DNA of 64,000 nt from the human T2T-CHM13v2.0 reference genome, Homo sapiens. Position 1 is the stretch's first letter. Every line of letters begins with the position of its first letter. The notes below the pieces were generated by a model that worked only from the letters and a program-made list of their open reading frames with translations, made no database searches and was not told where the DNA came from. The stretch lies in assembly GCF_009914755.1 (NCBI RefSeq), contig NC_060927.1; one strand, 5' to 3'. This document shows positions 12,758-24,590 of the stretch, in pieces. The position numbers and the translations under genes were made by a program.

Positions 12758-14083
12758 AGAAAAGGCAGGGGCTTAGAAAAAGCACTAGAAGGGGACTGAA
12801 TGAGGACCAGGACTGCCTGAGTTATAGCAGATGCCTGCTATGCAAGGACTAATGCATGGGCCAGGGGGACAGCCCTAGCACAGTGTCTGGGCACAGTTCT
12901 ATGTATCTAGGTGATTCCCATCCCCAAGTGGTCTGGATTGATGAGATTCTGTATACATGAAATATGAAATGGGGGTGCTGACCAACTAGTCCATATTTCC
13001 AACCACAGGACTGGCTGATAGCAGGTGAGAAATAACAAGCACTGAAAGGCCAAGATAAATGTCATATACGAGAACCTATTACCAAGTTGTCAAGGCTCTT
13101 CTGATCTAAGGATTTTTGACAACAGATGGCTAACCATTACTCAGATAGGTGTTTTGAGACAGGAGACTGAAGGAATTACTATTCAAGGCCTTTCCCTTGT
13201 GAGTCTACAGACTATGAAAATAACATCTAAATCACTTCATTTAAAAAATATTCAGTTGTATCTTTTCATACAACAACAAACTCTTCTTGATTCCACTCTC
13301 CTTTTAACTTTAACAAAACATAAAATCACAGCTCATCTGGAAAGTATGTCATCAGAAAGGATGCAACGCATATGCCCAAGGTTCAGGACTGCCTTTGCCA
13401 ATGACAGTGACAAATGAAGTGAATACTGCATGAGCGTCACACTGTTGGGGGAGGCAAAGGAGATGCCAGCCTGTACCTACTATTCCACTGAAGAAAGACC
13501 ATAAACACAAGGATATAGATTTAGTGATCAAAGTTTCAAACATTGCTCAGTGGAAGGCCTGGAAAACCATGTGGGGCTTACCACATGGAAAAAAGATAGT
13601 AGCTGCAACTCATACATGTTTACTTGCTGCTTTCCACACTGTAGTCAGTCAGCAAATATTTATGGAAATGAATGAACATATGAAAACTATAGCCATCACA
13701 GAGGTGTACTATAAACCAATGCCATGTTTTTGTAAAGGCCGGAATGAAAGAACCACCTGGAATCCGACTCATGGTGCTAATACTGAACTCATTTGGCACA
13801 AGTTATTTAGATTCAAAAAGGCCACCCCAAGAGCACTCTCTTTCAGTTTGAGCAGAACTCCTGAAAATCATACTAGCTACCTTTCATTGTGTTCTTATTA
13901 TGAGCAGGATATTGGGATAAAGAACACTGGTTTCTCTCATTTAATTCCAACAGCAGTCTGGTGGCTCAGGAGCTATTAGAATTTTTTTTGTATCGATAAG
14001 GAGACTGAGGGTCAAAGAGGTGACGTCACTTGCCCAGGGTCATAGCACCAGGAAGCAGGAGAGTTAGGCTTTACATACAGCAT

Positions 14084-14380
14084 GGCTGGTCACTCTGGCT
14101 CATGACTTTAATGCCAGAATTTTGGGAGGCAGAGGTGGGAGGATCACTTGAACCCAGGAGTTTGAGACTGGCCTGGGCAACATGACAAGACCCCATCTCT
14201 ACAAAAAAAAAAAAAAAAAAAAGAAAAATTAGCTGGGCATGGTGATGCACAGCTGTTGTTCCAACTGCTTGGGCAACTGAGTTAGGAGCATTGATTGAGC
14301 CTAGGGGTTTGGGTTTAGTGAGCTATGACTGTGCTACTGCACTCCAGCCTGGTTGACAGGGCAAGACACACACACACACC
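14084..14380 (+). mobile_element. Diverged Alu (AluJ-like) with CA-repeat tail, inside a MIR
   Basis: ggaggatcacttgaacccaggagtttgagac; expanded middle A-run. Confidence 0.9.
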
Positions 14381-17300
14381 GCCCCCCTCCCCACACACAC
14401 ACCCCAACCACTTTAATCCTTAAGCTACACTGGAAAAATGGCCTGGTTAAGACAACCAGTTGCTCACCTCTACTTACCCATGGCAACAACAGAAAGCAAG
14501 GACCTCAGGAAATGTCTCTTAAGACTTTTAGAGTTGCCTGATTCCTCAGTCTCCCACGAAGAGAGTAGCTACGCAATGTTAATAGCTCTGACTTTAATGC
14601 CTTTTCTCACAACACCTTTAGTGCCTGTGAAGAAAGACACTATAAAAAGCAAACATACAATCCCATAAATAAAGGGCCACATTTCCCCTTGACTGAAGCT
14701 ACCCTACTTTTCTCTTGGACATTTTTCAGGGTTTATTAACTCGTTGAGGCCTGCCAGATGCCACATAGTAGATTACTATTTCCATTGATGGGTGAATGCT
14801 CTTTACACGGTCAAGAAGGGAAGGCTGCAGGTTGTAAATTTTGGCCCCCTGGCAATTCACCAAGGAAAAATCTCTTGAATGCTCAATCTGCAGGGCATCT
14901 CAAAGATTATTCTGTCCATCTATTTATTTTACAAATTCAAGACTAGAGAAAAGGAGAGATGTTGTGCCCAAGGTCACACAGCAGGGAAGGAGAAAATGCA
15001 GGCTGAAGAATCTTCCGTCCCTAGCACAGAATGCTATTTGGCTCCCGTCGCAATGGGGGCCTGGGGCTAGGTTATGGTGTTGTTCAAAAACCACAGCTAA
15101 CCACACACTCTGATTCTTTCTCACCCCTAAGCAAGAGTGTAACAACCTCTTGTTCCAAAGCACCAGCAAAGAGCAAATTCCAAGGGGTGCTTGGGTGCTG
15201 CCAACACAGGAAATGGCAGCTGGGGTGGTGGGGAGGGTGCTTGTCTTCATTTTGCTTTAAAATGTTGCAAAGGTTTGAGAGTCAGACAGGCCTGGGCTGG
15301 AATCCTACCCTACCTGTCATTTTACCAAGGTGCCACTAGGGGCAAGTGACTTCATCTCTCAGCTCAGATTTGTTCTCTGTAAGATGGGAGAATAGTAGTA
15401 ACTGTACCCAATATCACTGTGTTACAATTAAATGAGACAATGCATGCAAAGCTCTTTGTGTTTCAGCCAGACAGCATACAAATGGTACATTTTTTTTGCA
15501 TCATTACTACTATTATTTCTATTCAGTGGACCCTTTTAGAATATCTCTTAACACGAAGTTTAAAAGGTGAGTTTAAAAAAATTTTGTTAACTAATGGAGT
15601 CTAACATTCTAACAGAGGCATTGATAGGTAAAGGTGGGACTTTGGCAAGATCTCATCCCTGTGAATGGGCAAAGTGCTTTTCTTTCCAAAGTTCCCAGAG
15701 AAATCAATCCACAGAGCAGTTATATACGTTGAAGATTCCTTCTGTAGTGCCCTTTTCTCTCTTAGAGACTATTACTTACCAGTATTGTCTCTTCTCACCA
15801 GAGTAAGGAGAGGAAAGATGCTGTATCTGAATGCCACATCCCTTTTCTACTCCATCATTCCCTGCTTACACTTAGGTTTTCTCAAGAACTCCTGCGTTTC
15901 TCCCTTGTCTTTTGTTATGCCATTTCTTTAAATGTCCTGAGCCACAGAAGCAGCGTCAATGATAACCATTACAGAATCCACAGTCACTCACTTCCCTGCC
16001 ACGCCCTGCTCTGCTGTGAGAGTTGTCACAGTCCTTTGTCAAAAAACACATCTCCTTATTGGCAATGAACTCACTTAGGGGAGGTTTTACAGGCTTCTCA
16101 CAAAACAAGAATGGCTCTGAACAGTGGCAGCGACAACCAAAATATTGAGGAAAAATGGAGAGAAAGCTTTACCAGGAAACAAGGGCTGTGACTTCAGGGC
16201 GTAAAGCCAGTGTTGACAAGGCCTGCCTGATGGCTGTTTATGTCTGGGACCACCCTGGCACTTATTACCATGAAAAGGAGCTGAGAGCGCCTGAGATTGG
16301 CAGGGAACACCAAGGAAGAAAGCGGATGTGGGAGTCACGGTCATCGCAGCCGGATGGGGCATTAGGCCATCCTCCCATCCCCACTGCCCCCCAACACTCC
16401 AGCCTTTGCAACGCTACAAAGGTCTAAGAAAAGGAACCAAGATTCACATGTCAACTCTTGGAGCACAGTCGAAGGCTGCTGTCAATATGAGAACCAAGTA
16501 GGTGGCCCTGCATATGCTTAGTAAGGGAGATGGCAGGGCCAGGCAAATAAAGGGAGACAACGAGGGGCTCACATCTTCCACTCCCACCCCAACGCCCCCA
16601 GGAATATGGGGGACAGGGCGCTCCAGTTCCCCAACCTTCGATCTCACAATGTAACAACTTCATATTAGAGGGGAAAATAAATTTTAACATTAAATATAGC
16701 AGTATATGAAATCAGTTATGCAAGCTATGAAACCCAAATTAGGGCTCTTTTTGTTCTGCAAGAGTGGAAATATTTTACCGTTGTCTTTCCCATCAAGAAA
16801 GAAACAAAAACCAAGGAAATCTGCAAATGTAGCACCTGGTGAATTCTATCGTGGCTATATCCAGGAGTACCCTGGGGAACTGATGACAATAATCACCAGG
16901 CAGTGTTACCCCTCATGTGGGTAACAGGGCTCTATTAGCCTGTTGATTCCTTATTCCCAAACACATTGCCTGTTTTTGTAGGACTTCTTTTCCCTTTCAA
17001 GGTTTACCGGGTGATTATTTGTAACCTGACATCAGCAGAATAATGATGTTCACATTTTTCAAGAAAGAGGCGAAGATAATACAAGGACCCACTCTATGCC
17101 TGCCATGGGATTATTTATGAAAGCCGTCTGGAAGACAGGGAGGGCGGTGGGTGAGAAATTTGTTCCAGAGGTGAGTGAAGTTGTGTCTGAGTAAGTAATT
17201 GGTGGGAAAGCTATGACTGGTAGGAACAGTGACCAAAGTTTCTTGGTACTCTCAAGGTGGACTGTGATTGAAGGCCTGGACTGGAGAGTTCAAGGCTACC

Positions 17301-18279
17301 TGGAGATGTCAGTCTGCTAGGAGATGACAGTGCTGGGGCAGACCCACTTGACATGACTTATGCTACTGTCAAAAGCAGTCAGGGGACAGAGCTGGAAAGC
17401 TTCAGCCACCTTCTGAAATGCTTCTGTAGAGAAGTGATCCATGTACCTAACCAATATCTGCCCCTTGGATCTTGTTCTCTTCCCAAAGAACTATCTATGT
17501 GTCAACAAGTCATTTAAAAGACACCAGGACACAGTTAATTCAGTTGCTTCCTCCAGTCTTACTTTCTCTGCCTGTCTGGCCCTTCTTCTGTAAGCTCATT
17601 GTGAAAGGAGCATCTTTACAGGCCAGCATGTCAGGTAGACTATCCTGAAAATTTTATAACATTTTCGGGAAGCAGCTTATGTAATTAATTTACTTGTGGG
17701 TGGATATTAATGCCAACTCCAGAACTAAGATTTGCATACGTGTCTGAGCCTGTATCCAGAGAAATGTATCTCAGCAGCAGGGATAAAGGTCATTTTAACC
17801 ATTATCAAATTAGATGCTCATCCTCCAATTTAGCATTGCTCTATCGGGAGGTTGGACAGCACACAGTCACTCTCAATATGCATTATTCAAGTCCTTTGTG
17901 GCTTTTCTTGTCTCCTCTTCCTGCCTTCCTTTGGTTAAAAAAAAAAAAAGGCTCAAAAGTACCACTATGAAAGGACGGGATGAGCAGTAATAACCAGATA
18001 AAATGTAAATGGCTCACAACACAGAAGACTTGGCATTGAAAAAGGCTAAAATTACATTTGATGGTTTTCTGCAAATTCAAATGATTCCTACACTACTCTG
18101 AGATGTATTCAGATGGAAATCAAAAGATTGAGGCAGAAGGGTGTAGTGGCTATGAATACGGTGTTAGGACAGTCAGACCTGGTCTGACTGGAAATATCTT
18201 TCTTTGTTATTTTTGGCAGGATGCTTAACCACTGCAAACATCTATATTCAATTCTGTTTAACAGAGATATGAAGTGATG

Positions 18280-19330
18280 ACGCCTACACATCTCAAACTT
18301 AACATGTTCAAAACAGAAGTCCTGCTCTTCCTCCACAAATCTGTTCTTCCTGTAGGCTTCCCCATTTTAATCGGTGGCAACTCCATCCTTTCACTTGTCC
18401 AGTCCATAAAACGGGAGTCATTGTGACCCCTTTCTGACTCTTGCACCCCATAGTCAACTCTCAGCTAATCCTTTGGCACTATCTCAAAAATTCTTCCAAA
18501 TCCTACCACTCCTTACCACTTCCCTTGTGACCACTGTCATCTGAGCAATGCTTTCTCTCATCTGAGTTACTACAATGGTCTTACCACTTCCATGTGTGTT
18601 CCTCCTGTACCCTCTGCTAAATCCAGAAGCCAGAGTCAACCTTTAAAAACAAATTCATGTTCCTGCTTAGTGCCTCCACCCACGTTTTCACTGCCAGTCC
18701 CTTCCTATCTCAAAGTGAAAACAAAAACTCCGTCCAATAGGCTAACCCTCCTTCCTCTACTTGCCCAACAGTCTGCCTCCATGTTCGTCTCCCTCAGTTT
18801 CATCTGTAATTTCCTATCCTATCATTCACATCCTCTGTTCTAGCCACATTAGTCTCTTTGGTATCACTAAGAGATGCCTGGTGTACTCCCGCTTTCAGGC
18901 CTTAACCTGTAATACTCTTCTCCCAGATACTTACATGGCTTCCTTTTGTATTTTCCCCTATGTTTGCTCAAATGTCACTTTCTTAATGGAGACTTCCCTA
19001 AACCTCCTTTTAATTAATTTAATTAAGCTCTAATTTAATTTAATCTAATTCTCACCTACTCTTCTACGCTATCTCCTATCCTTCTTCCCTAATTTATTTT
19101 TATCTATGGCAACTGCCGTCTTCTTTCATAATATATATTTGACTTTTTTGTTTTGTTTGTGATTCGTAGCTTGTCTCCACTCTCCACTAGAAGGTAAGCG
19201 TAATGAGTTCAAAGGTTTTTGTGTGTTTTTTTTCACTCCTATATCCAAAATGCCTAGAATGGTACCTGGTTTATAAAAAACACTCAAACATTTATGGAAT
19301 GTCCAAATGAATGCATGAAACAAGTGAATA
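18280..19330 (+). mobile_element. L2 LINE 3' portion
   Basis: catctcaaacttaacatgttcaaaacagaa...ccactagaaggtaagc...aatgaatgcatgaa. Confidence 0.85.
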
Positions 19331-20569
19331 AATAATATCCAATAGAACCTAGAACCACTTATCTCACAAGAATAAAGATTAAGTAAACATTCTGCACAAT
19401 GCTCAGTTTATTGTTAGAACCAAATAAATAACAATTGCTGTCTCCTGTCTCTTATATCCATTCAGTCCAAACCTAGCCACATATTCCTGTGGTTTAATAT
19501 TTAACTCATATCTACAGAACTAAATGCACAGGCGACATCTAAAGGGAACATTATCTGAGAATATCATATAAAAGAAGCCGACAAGAGGCAGAAGCTAGGA
19601 ACTCAGAATACTACACTGCCCTGTAAATGCAAGAAACATTGACAGTGCATTCTTAGCCACTGATCCCACCACATACCCTGCGTGTCATATAATGTTGTTT
19701 CCTCTCCCTGAAGATGTCATCTTAGAGTGACATTTTTGTCAGATGGGTGCAAAAATGTATGTGTGTGTATATATATATGAAAAACAGAATACAATGAAAT
19801 GCAATACTCAAGAATGGGTTTTATCCAGGCCAGGTATTTTCTTTCTTTTGGCTGGAAACATCTAAAAGCATAAAACTGAAGATTCACTCTTCTGTTCCAA
19901 AACAATGTGTCTCAGTGATCCTGATCAATTTTTTTAATAAGTTTTCTTTCATTTAGAAAAAGCCTTGCTTTCTAAGTATAGGATATCCAGGACTCTAAAA
20001 CCAATACCGAGCCCAAGATTTTGTACAGTGAGTTTGATAGAATGAAATCATAGCCACCCTCCTGCAAACTCTCTACAGCCAGTCCCCACGAAGTCTAACT
20101 CTTATGGAGAGTACTTTTTACCCAAATATGAGGATCAGGCCGTGTCCAGAAAGACCAAATTTTCTTAGCTCAGTAGGACCTTTCCTTACAAATGTACTAA
20201 TTCTCATCATTTTAGGATGCTGTAAAAGTCCAGGGGGAAACTGATCCATTTCAAAGCTCTGGCCTGAGGTTGCTGGGTGACCCAGTCCAAATTTGAGTTT
20301 CTTTGAAAGCCATTCAAAACTAAGTGAAATGTAAAAAAAGATCCTATTCAGAAATGCAAATATTCAGCTATCTCTGACTTGTGATAAGTAAAATAAACAA
20401 AATCAGGAATCTGGCTAAAAACCCTTGGGAAACATTCAGATTCCAAGGACCCAGTCCCAGGGACTTTTATAAAGCAAAAGAGGGCTGAACTGGTTTCTAT
20501 TCAGGCTTGTTTCTTTTATGCATCACAAACCAAAATTCATGTTTCTAGAAGTTTTGAAAGCTCCCCAAG

Positions 20570-20810
20570 AGAGGCAGTGGAAAAACATGGGGCTTTGGAG
20601 TCCATCAGGTCTGGATCCAATAATTACTGACTGTATAATTATTGGGAACCTTTCTTAACTTCCCTAAATCTCAGTTTTCCTGTCCGCACGATAGACATCA
20701 TAAGACCTATTTTGCAAGGATTATAAGAGGATTGGCAATAATGCACACAAAGGACCTGGTCAAGGCCAGGGCTCACATCAGATGTTTAATAAATGAGGGC
20801 CTTTGTTATT
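20570..20810 (+). mobile_element. MIR SINE
   Basis: ggctttggagtcc...cttaacttccctaaatctcagttttcctgtc. Confidence 0.75.
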
Positions 20811-21032
20811 ATTTTCCACTTCTAGTCAAATCCATTTGGCCAATTGCAAATGGGCACCTATATGTGCCACATCAGGAAATGTAAGACAATTAATTGTCCA
20901 TCAGTTGGTAACTACTGAAGTGGAGAAGGTCATTCATTCAGAGCAGTGAGCTTTTTGGTGGTGGTGGTGTGTCTTTGTTTAGGGGCAATTTTTCTTTTTA
21001 AAAAAATTTTTAATTTCACTTAAAATTTTAAT

Positions 21033-21193
21033 CTATTTATTTATTTATTTAGAGACCAGGTTGTGAGACTGGCTAATTTTTGTATTTTTGGTAGAGATAG
21101 GATTTCACCACGTTGCCAAGGCTGGTCTCGAACTCCTGGGCTCAAGCAAACCACCTGCCTTGGGCTTCCCAAAGTGAGTCACCATGCCTGGCC
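21033..21193 (-). mobile_element. Monomeric Alu (AluJ/FLAM-like left arm) with atypical 3' end and (TAAA)n tail
   Basis: Reverse strand ggccaggcatggtgactcactttgggaag...aaaaattagccagtctcacaacctggtctctaaataaataaataaat. Confidence 0.85.
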
Positions 21194-22204
21194 AAGATTT
21201 CTCATTTTTTAGGGATTCTTTCCTAGGCAAAACATTTGCATGTGCTCAATTTATAGCCTAGAATTACCGGTAAGATTACAGTTAGGCAAAAGTCAAAATT
21301 CAATTTCTAATTTTAAAGGGCTTTTCACATAGCCAATTGGTAATTTAAGGTTCCAATTAATTCTGAAAGACAGCATCCACTTCCCTTATGGAAAACCAAG
21401 ATCTCTTCCACATTGGGCACCAGTGCATAAGTCTGTTCTTTAATACATATTTCTGTGGTCTTCCATCAAATAAAGTTTGAACATTGCAGGGAAAATCCAA
21501 TGTTTCATTAGAGTGTAGGTCCCACCATAAAATTTCTGAGGTTGATGACAGTCTCTTGGGTTTATTTTCTTTGCCTTTCCTCTACCAATAGATTTCTTCT
21601 CCAGTCTCAAAGCTTTGGAGTCACTACTAGTGTTTATGGCCATTGTTAATGACCTTTTTAAAGGAAAAGAATTGAGATTGATTTTCCTTCTGGGACCAAG
21701 ACATATCATCTAAAATGTTTTCTGACCCTCTGATCTCAGAGTTGTACCTGCCGTTTTGAGTGTGTTTGTGTGGCATGGGGGTTGGGGTTGGGAAATATAT
21801 AGCATTTGCCATCTGCTAGAGGAGCAAAGATTTGCAGAGTGGAAAAGAGGAGGTGCGAGGAGGTAGAACTGCAGAAACTTGCTTCCCCAGAAGTTCATGT
21901 ATAGGAAAGCCAAGTTAATGCCACATATTTGGAAAAGGTGATCCCCTATGTATAGTTTTCTCTGATAGGTTTTTTAAAAACCCAGACAAAGTGGAAATGT
22001 CTGACTATGAAAACTTGGTGATCTCTACAATATAAGGATTTCACTTCCCTTTGAGGAGGAAGGGAATGATTTTATAACCTCAGACTTCTCTGACTTAACA
22101 AATAGGGACTTAGTATCAAATATGTCTGGTAAATGCTGATGTTCTACCTCTCTAATGCCCATAGGAATATGGAAAGAGAAATTCTGCTGTGAGAAATTCA
22201 TAGA

Positions 22205-22420
22205 ACTACCTGGCAGAAAAGGAAGGGTGATATTGCCTCCCAGGGAACATTTGGCAACGTCTGAAGATATTTTTCACTGTCACAACCGAGGGGGTATGCT
22301 ATTGGCATCCAGTAGGTAGAGGTCAAGGATGCTGATAAGCATCTACAATGTCCCAAACAGTCCCTACAACAAAAAATTATCTGGCCCCAAATATGAATAG
22401 TGCCAAGGTTGGGAAACCCT
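22205..22420 (+). mobile_element. MER20
   Basis: cccagggaacatttggcaacgtctgaagatatttttcactgtcacaac...aatagtgccaaggttgggaaaccct. Confidence 0.85.
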
Positions 22421-23119
22421 TCTTCATACCTATTCACAATCCATGGAACACTTTATGTACTGCTGTCTTAGTCCCTAATCAGAAATTATCAGGTAAAATG
22501 CTCACTAGAATTAATCCTACTTCCAGAAGAGTTCTCAAAAGAGAAACCTATATACTCAACTCTGATGCTCAAGTCTGACCAATCCCTAGATACTGCTGAC
22601 CTATTCATATATTCATATTCTATCACTGATATGGGAAGCTCTGTTTGAAACATAAACTTAAAAAGGAATCTCTATATATGAACTATCAGTGCTATCAGAC
22701 AATGCTAACATTATGAACATGATGAGGATATAACCCTTGTTTTCTTAGAAATGCCCACCCACATTTATGCTGTTTTTAGTTTATTACTCTTGTCAAAGTT
22801 GCCATGCAGAATGTCTGTTGGTCAGTTGGGCACATCTGCACACATTTACAATATCTGCCACCTCTTTTAACCCTCAACCCCGCCCCACAAAATGAGTGAT
22901 GGTGCTTGTTGATTTGCAGATTCACAGTCTGGTGAGACAAGTTTGAGATCTCATATTTTCAGCTCATCCTTGAAAACCTTTCTTCGATTTGACTGACCTT
23001 GATGGCTCCCTGGAATCTCACCTACATTTTATGGGAAATTCAACTCTCCAGAGAGAAGAGCTTTCAGATAGCTGCGGGACTTGCAACTGTGACTTTCAGC
23101 TTTCGCTTTTGAATGAGGC

Positions 23120-23339
23120 TCCAAATGTCTCAATGGTGGCACTATTTCCAGATTTGGGGTAAGCCAATTCTTTGTTGTTGGGGTTGTGCTGTGCATTGTA
23201 GACTATTAAGCAGCATTCCTGGCCTCTACCCACTAGATGCCCATAGCACCTGCATCCCCATTGTAACAACCAAAACTGTCTCCAGACATTGCCAAATGTC
23301 CACCGCAGGCTAAAATCACCTCCCAATTGAGAACTATTG
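23120..23339 (-). mobile_element. MER20
   Basis: gtgcattgtagactattaagcagcattcctggcctctacccactagatgcc...ctccagacattgccaaatgtcc...ttgagaactattg. Confidence 0.85.
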
Positions 23340-24269
23340 AATTATACTAAGGTTCTCAGAAAGTCCTTCAGCAAGTTCTCAAAACTGAATTGATTCAAAT
23401 TGACTTGGTGAGGTCAGGGCACACAGAGATTCTTTGTTGATGGGAGTTGTAAAGGGCCTGCTGAACATCCGCTCAATGAAGTCAGGGGCTCCAGCTAAAA
23501 GGGTTAGGAAGCCCCCATCTATAGAAAACGTGCCGTGTACAACGTGAAATCAATTCCCATGCACAACAATGAAGATCCCAATTACAATGAACAAACACGT
23601 TCTTCTGAACAGAACTTCCTCCCTGACATTATGTCCATGACCCTGCACCCTGCGGGGGGCTCGGATATGTTACGTCTGATTCAAAGACAACCAAAAAGAA
23701 GGAAATAATGATTTCACCAAGAAAGGACACATACCAAGGCAGGAATAGGTAAGTGGGCTAGGTGGGGCTTTTATTAATCTCAAGGAAAACAAACAGCACA
23801 CATTTTTGGGAAAATGCTTTCATTTTCAAAGGAATCTGGATGTGGACTGGATAGCAGTCGATTAAGAAAAGGCAGAGTCTGCATATGGCCAGATATTTAC
23901 TGGAATTTACTAGGAAGAGATGCAATAAAAGTCTAGATTCCCCTGGGAAAAGGGAAGCAAAAAAAATGCACCATTCTCAGAGGCCTTTCAGTTTAGCTGC
24001 ATGGGTGGGATGGGGAGGAGGGAGGAGGAGAGAAGGCTTAGGAAAGAGAAAATCATGGGAAAAGGCCAATAAAAAAGTAGGAAAGATTCTGTTTCTGCTG
24101 AGCTCTGCCACACCCCACTCCCTTTTTTATCACATTACAGTGCAAATCTCAGATTAAAAACAGCTTCCTAGAATGTGTCAGAATTTTTAAAGTTGTGAAA
24201 TAAATCCAGATCTACTCTTTACTTCCTTGTGAAGGAAAAAACACACTCTGAATACATTTGTTTCTTTAA

Positions 24270-24590
24270 GAAATTTTATAAAGTAACTTATTTTGAAAAT
24301 TTTCCAACTTATAGAAAGATTGCAAGAACATCATAAAGATCTCCCTTATCCCCTCATCCTGAGTCCCCAATTGCCAACATTTCACCACATTTGCTCCCCC
24401 CATCTCTCTCTCTATATGCTATTATTATTTTGTCTTTCCCTGAAAAATTTGAGAGTAATTTAGAGACATAACATCCCATCATCTCTAAAACTCTTTTTTC
24501 CTCAAATCAAGGACACTCTTTTATGTAAATACCGTACAACTCTCTAAGTCAGGATATCATCATTATTAATACAACAGCACTAAATAATCC
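24270..24590 (-). mobile_element. Old L1 (L1MC/ME-type) 3' fragment
   Basis: ttattttgaaaattttccaacttatagaaagattgcaagaa...ccaattgccaacatttcaccacatttgct. Confidence 0.65.

Noticed and set aside
13524-13979. 151-aa plus-strand ORF
   Set aside because: GTG start, no recognisable domain, 3' end runs into a MIR; consistent with chance
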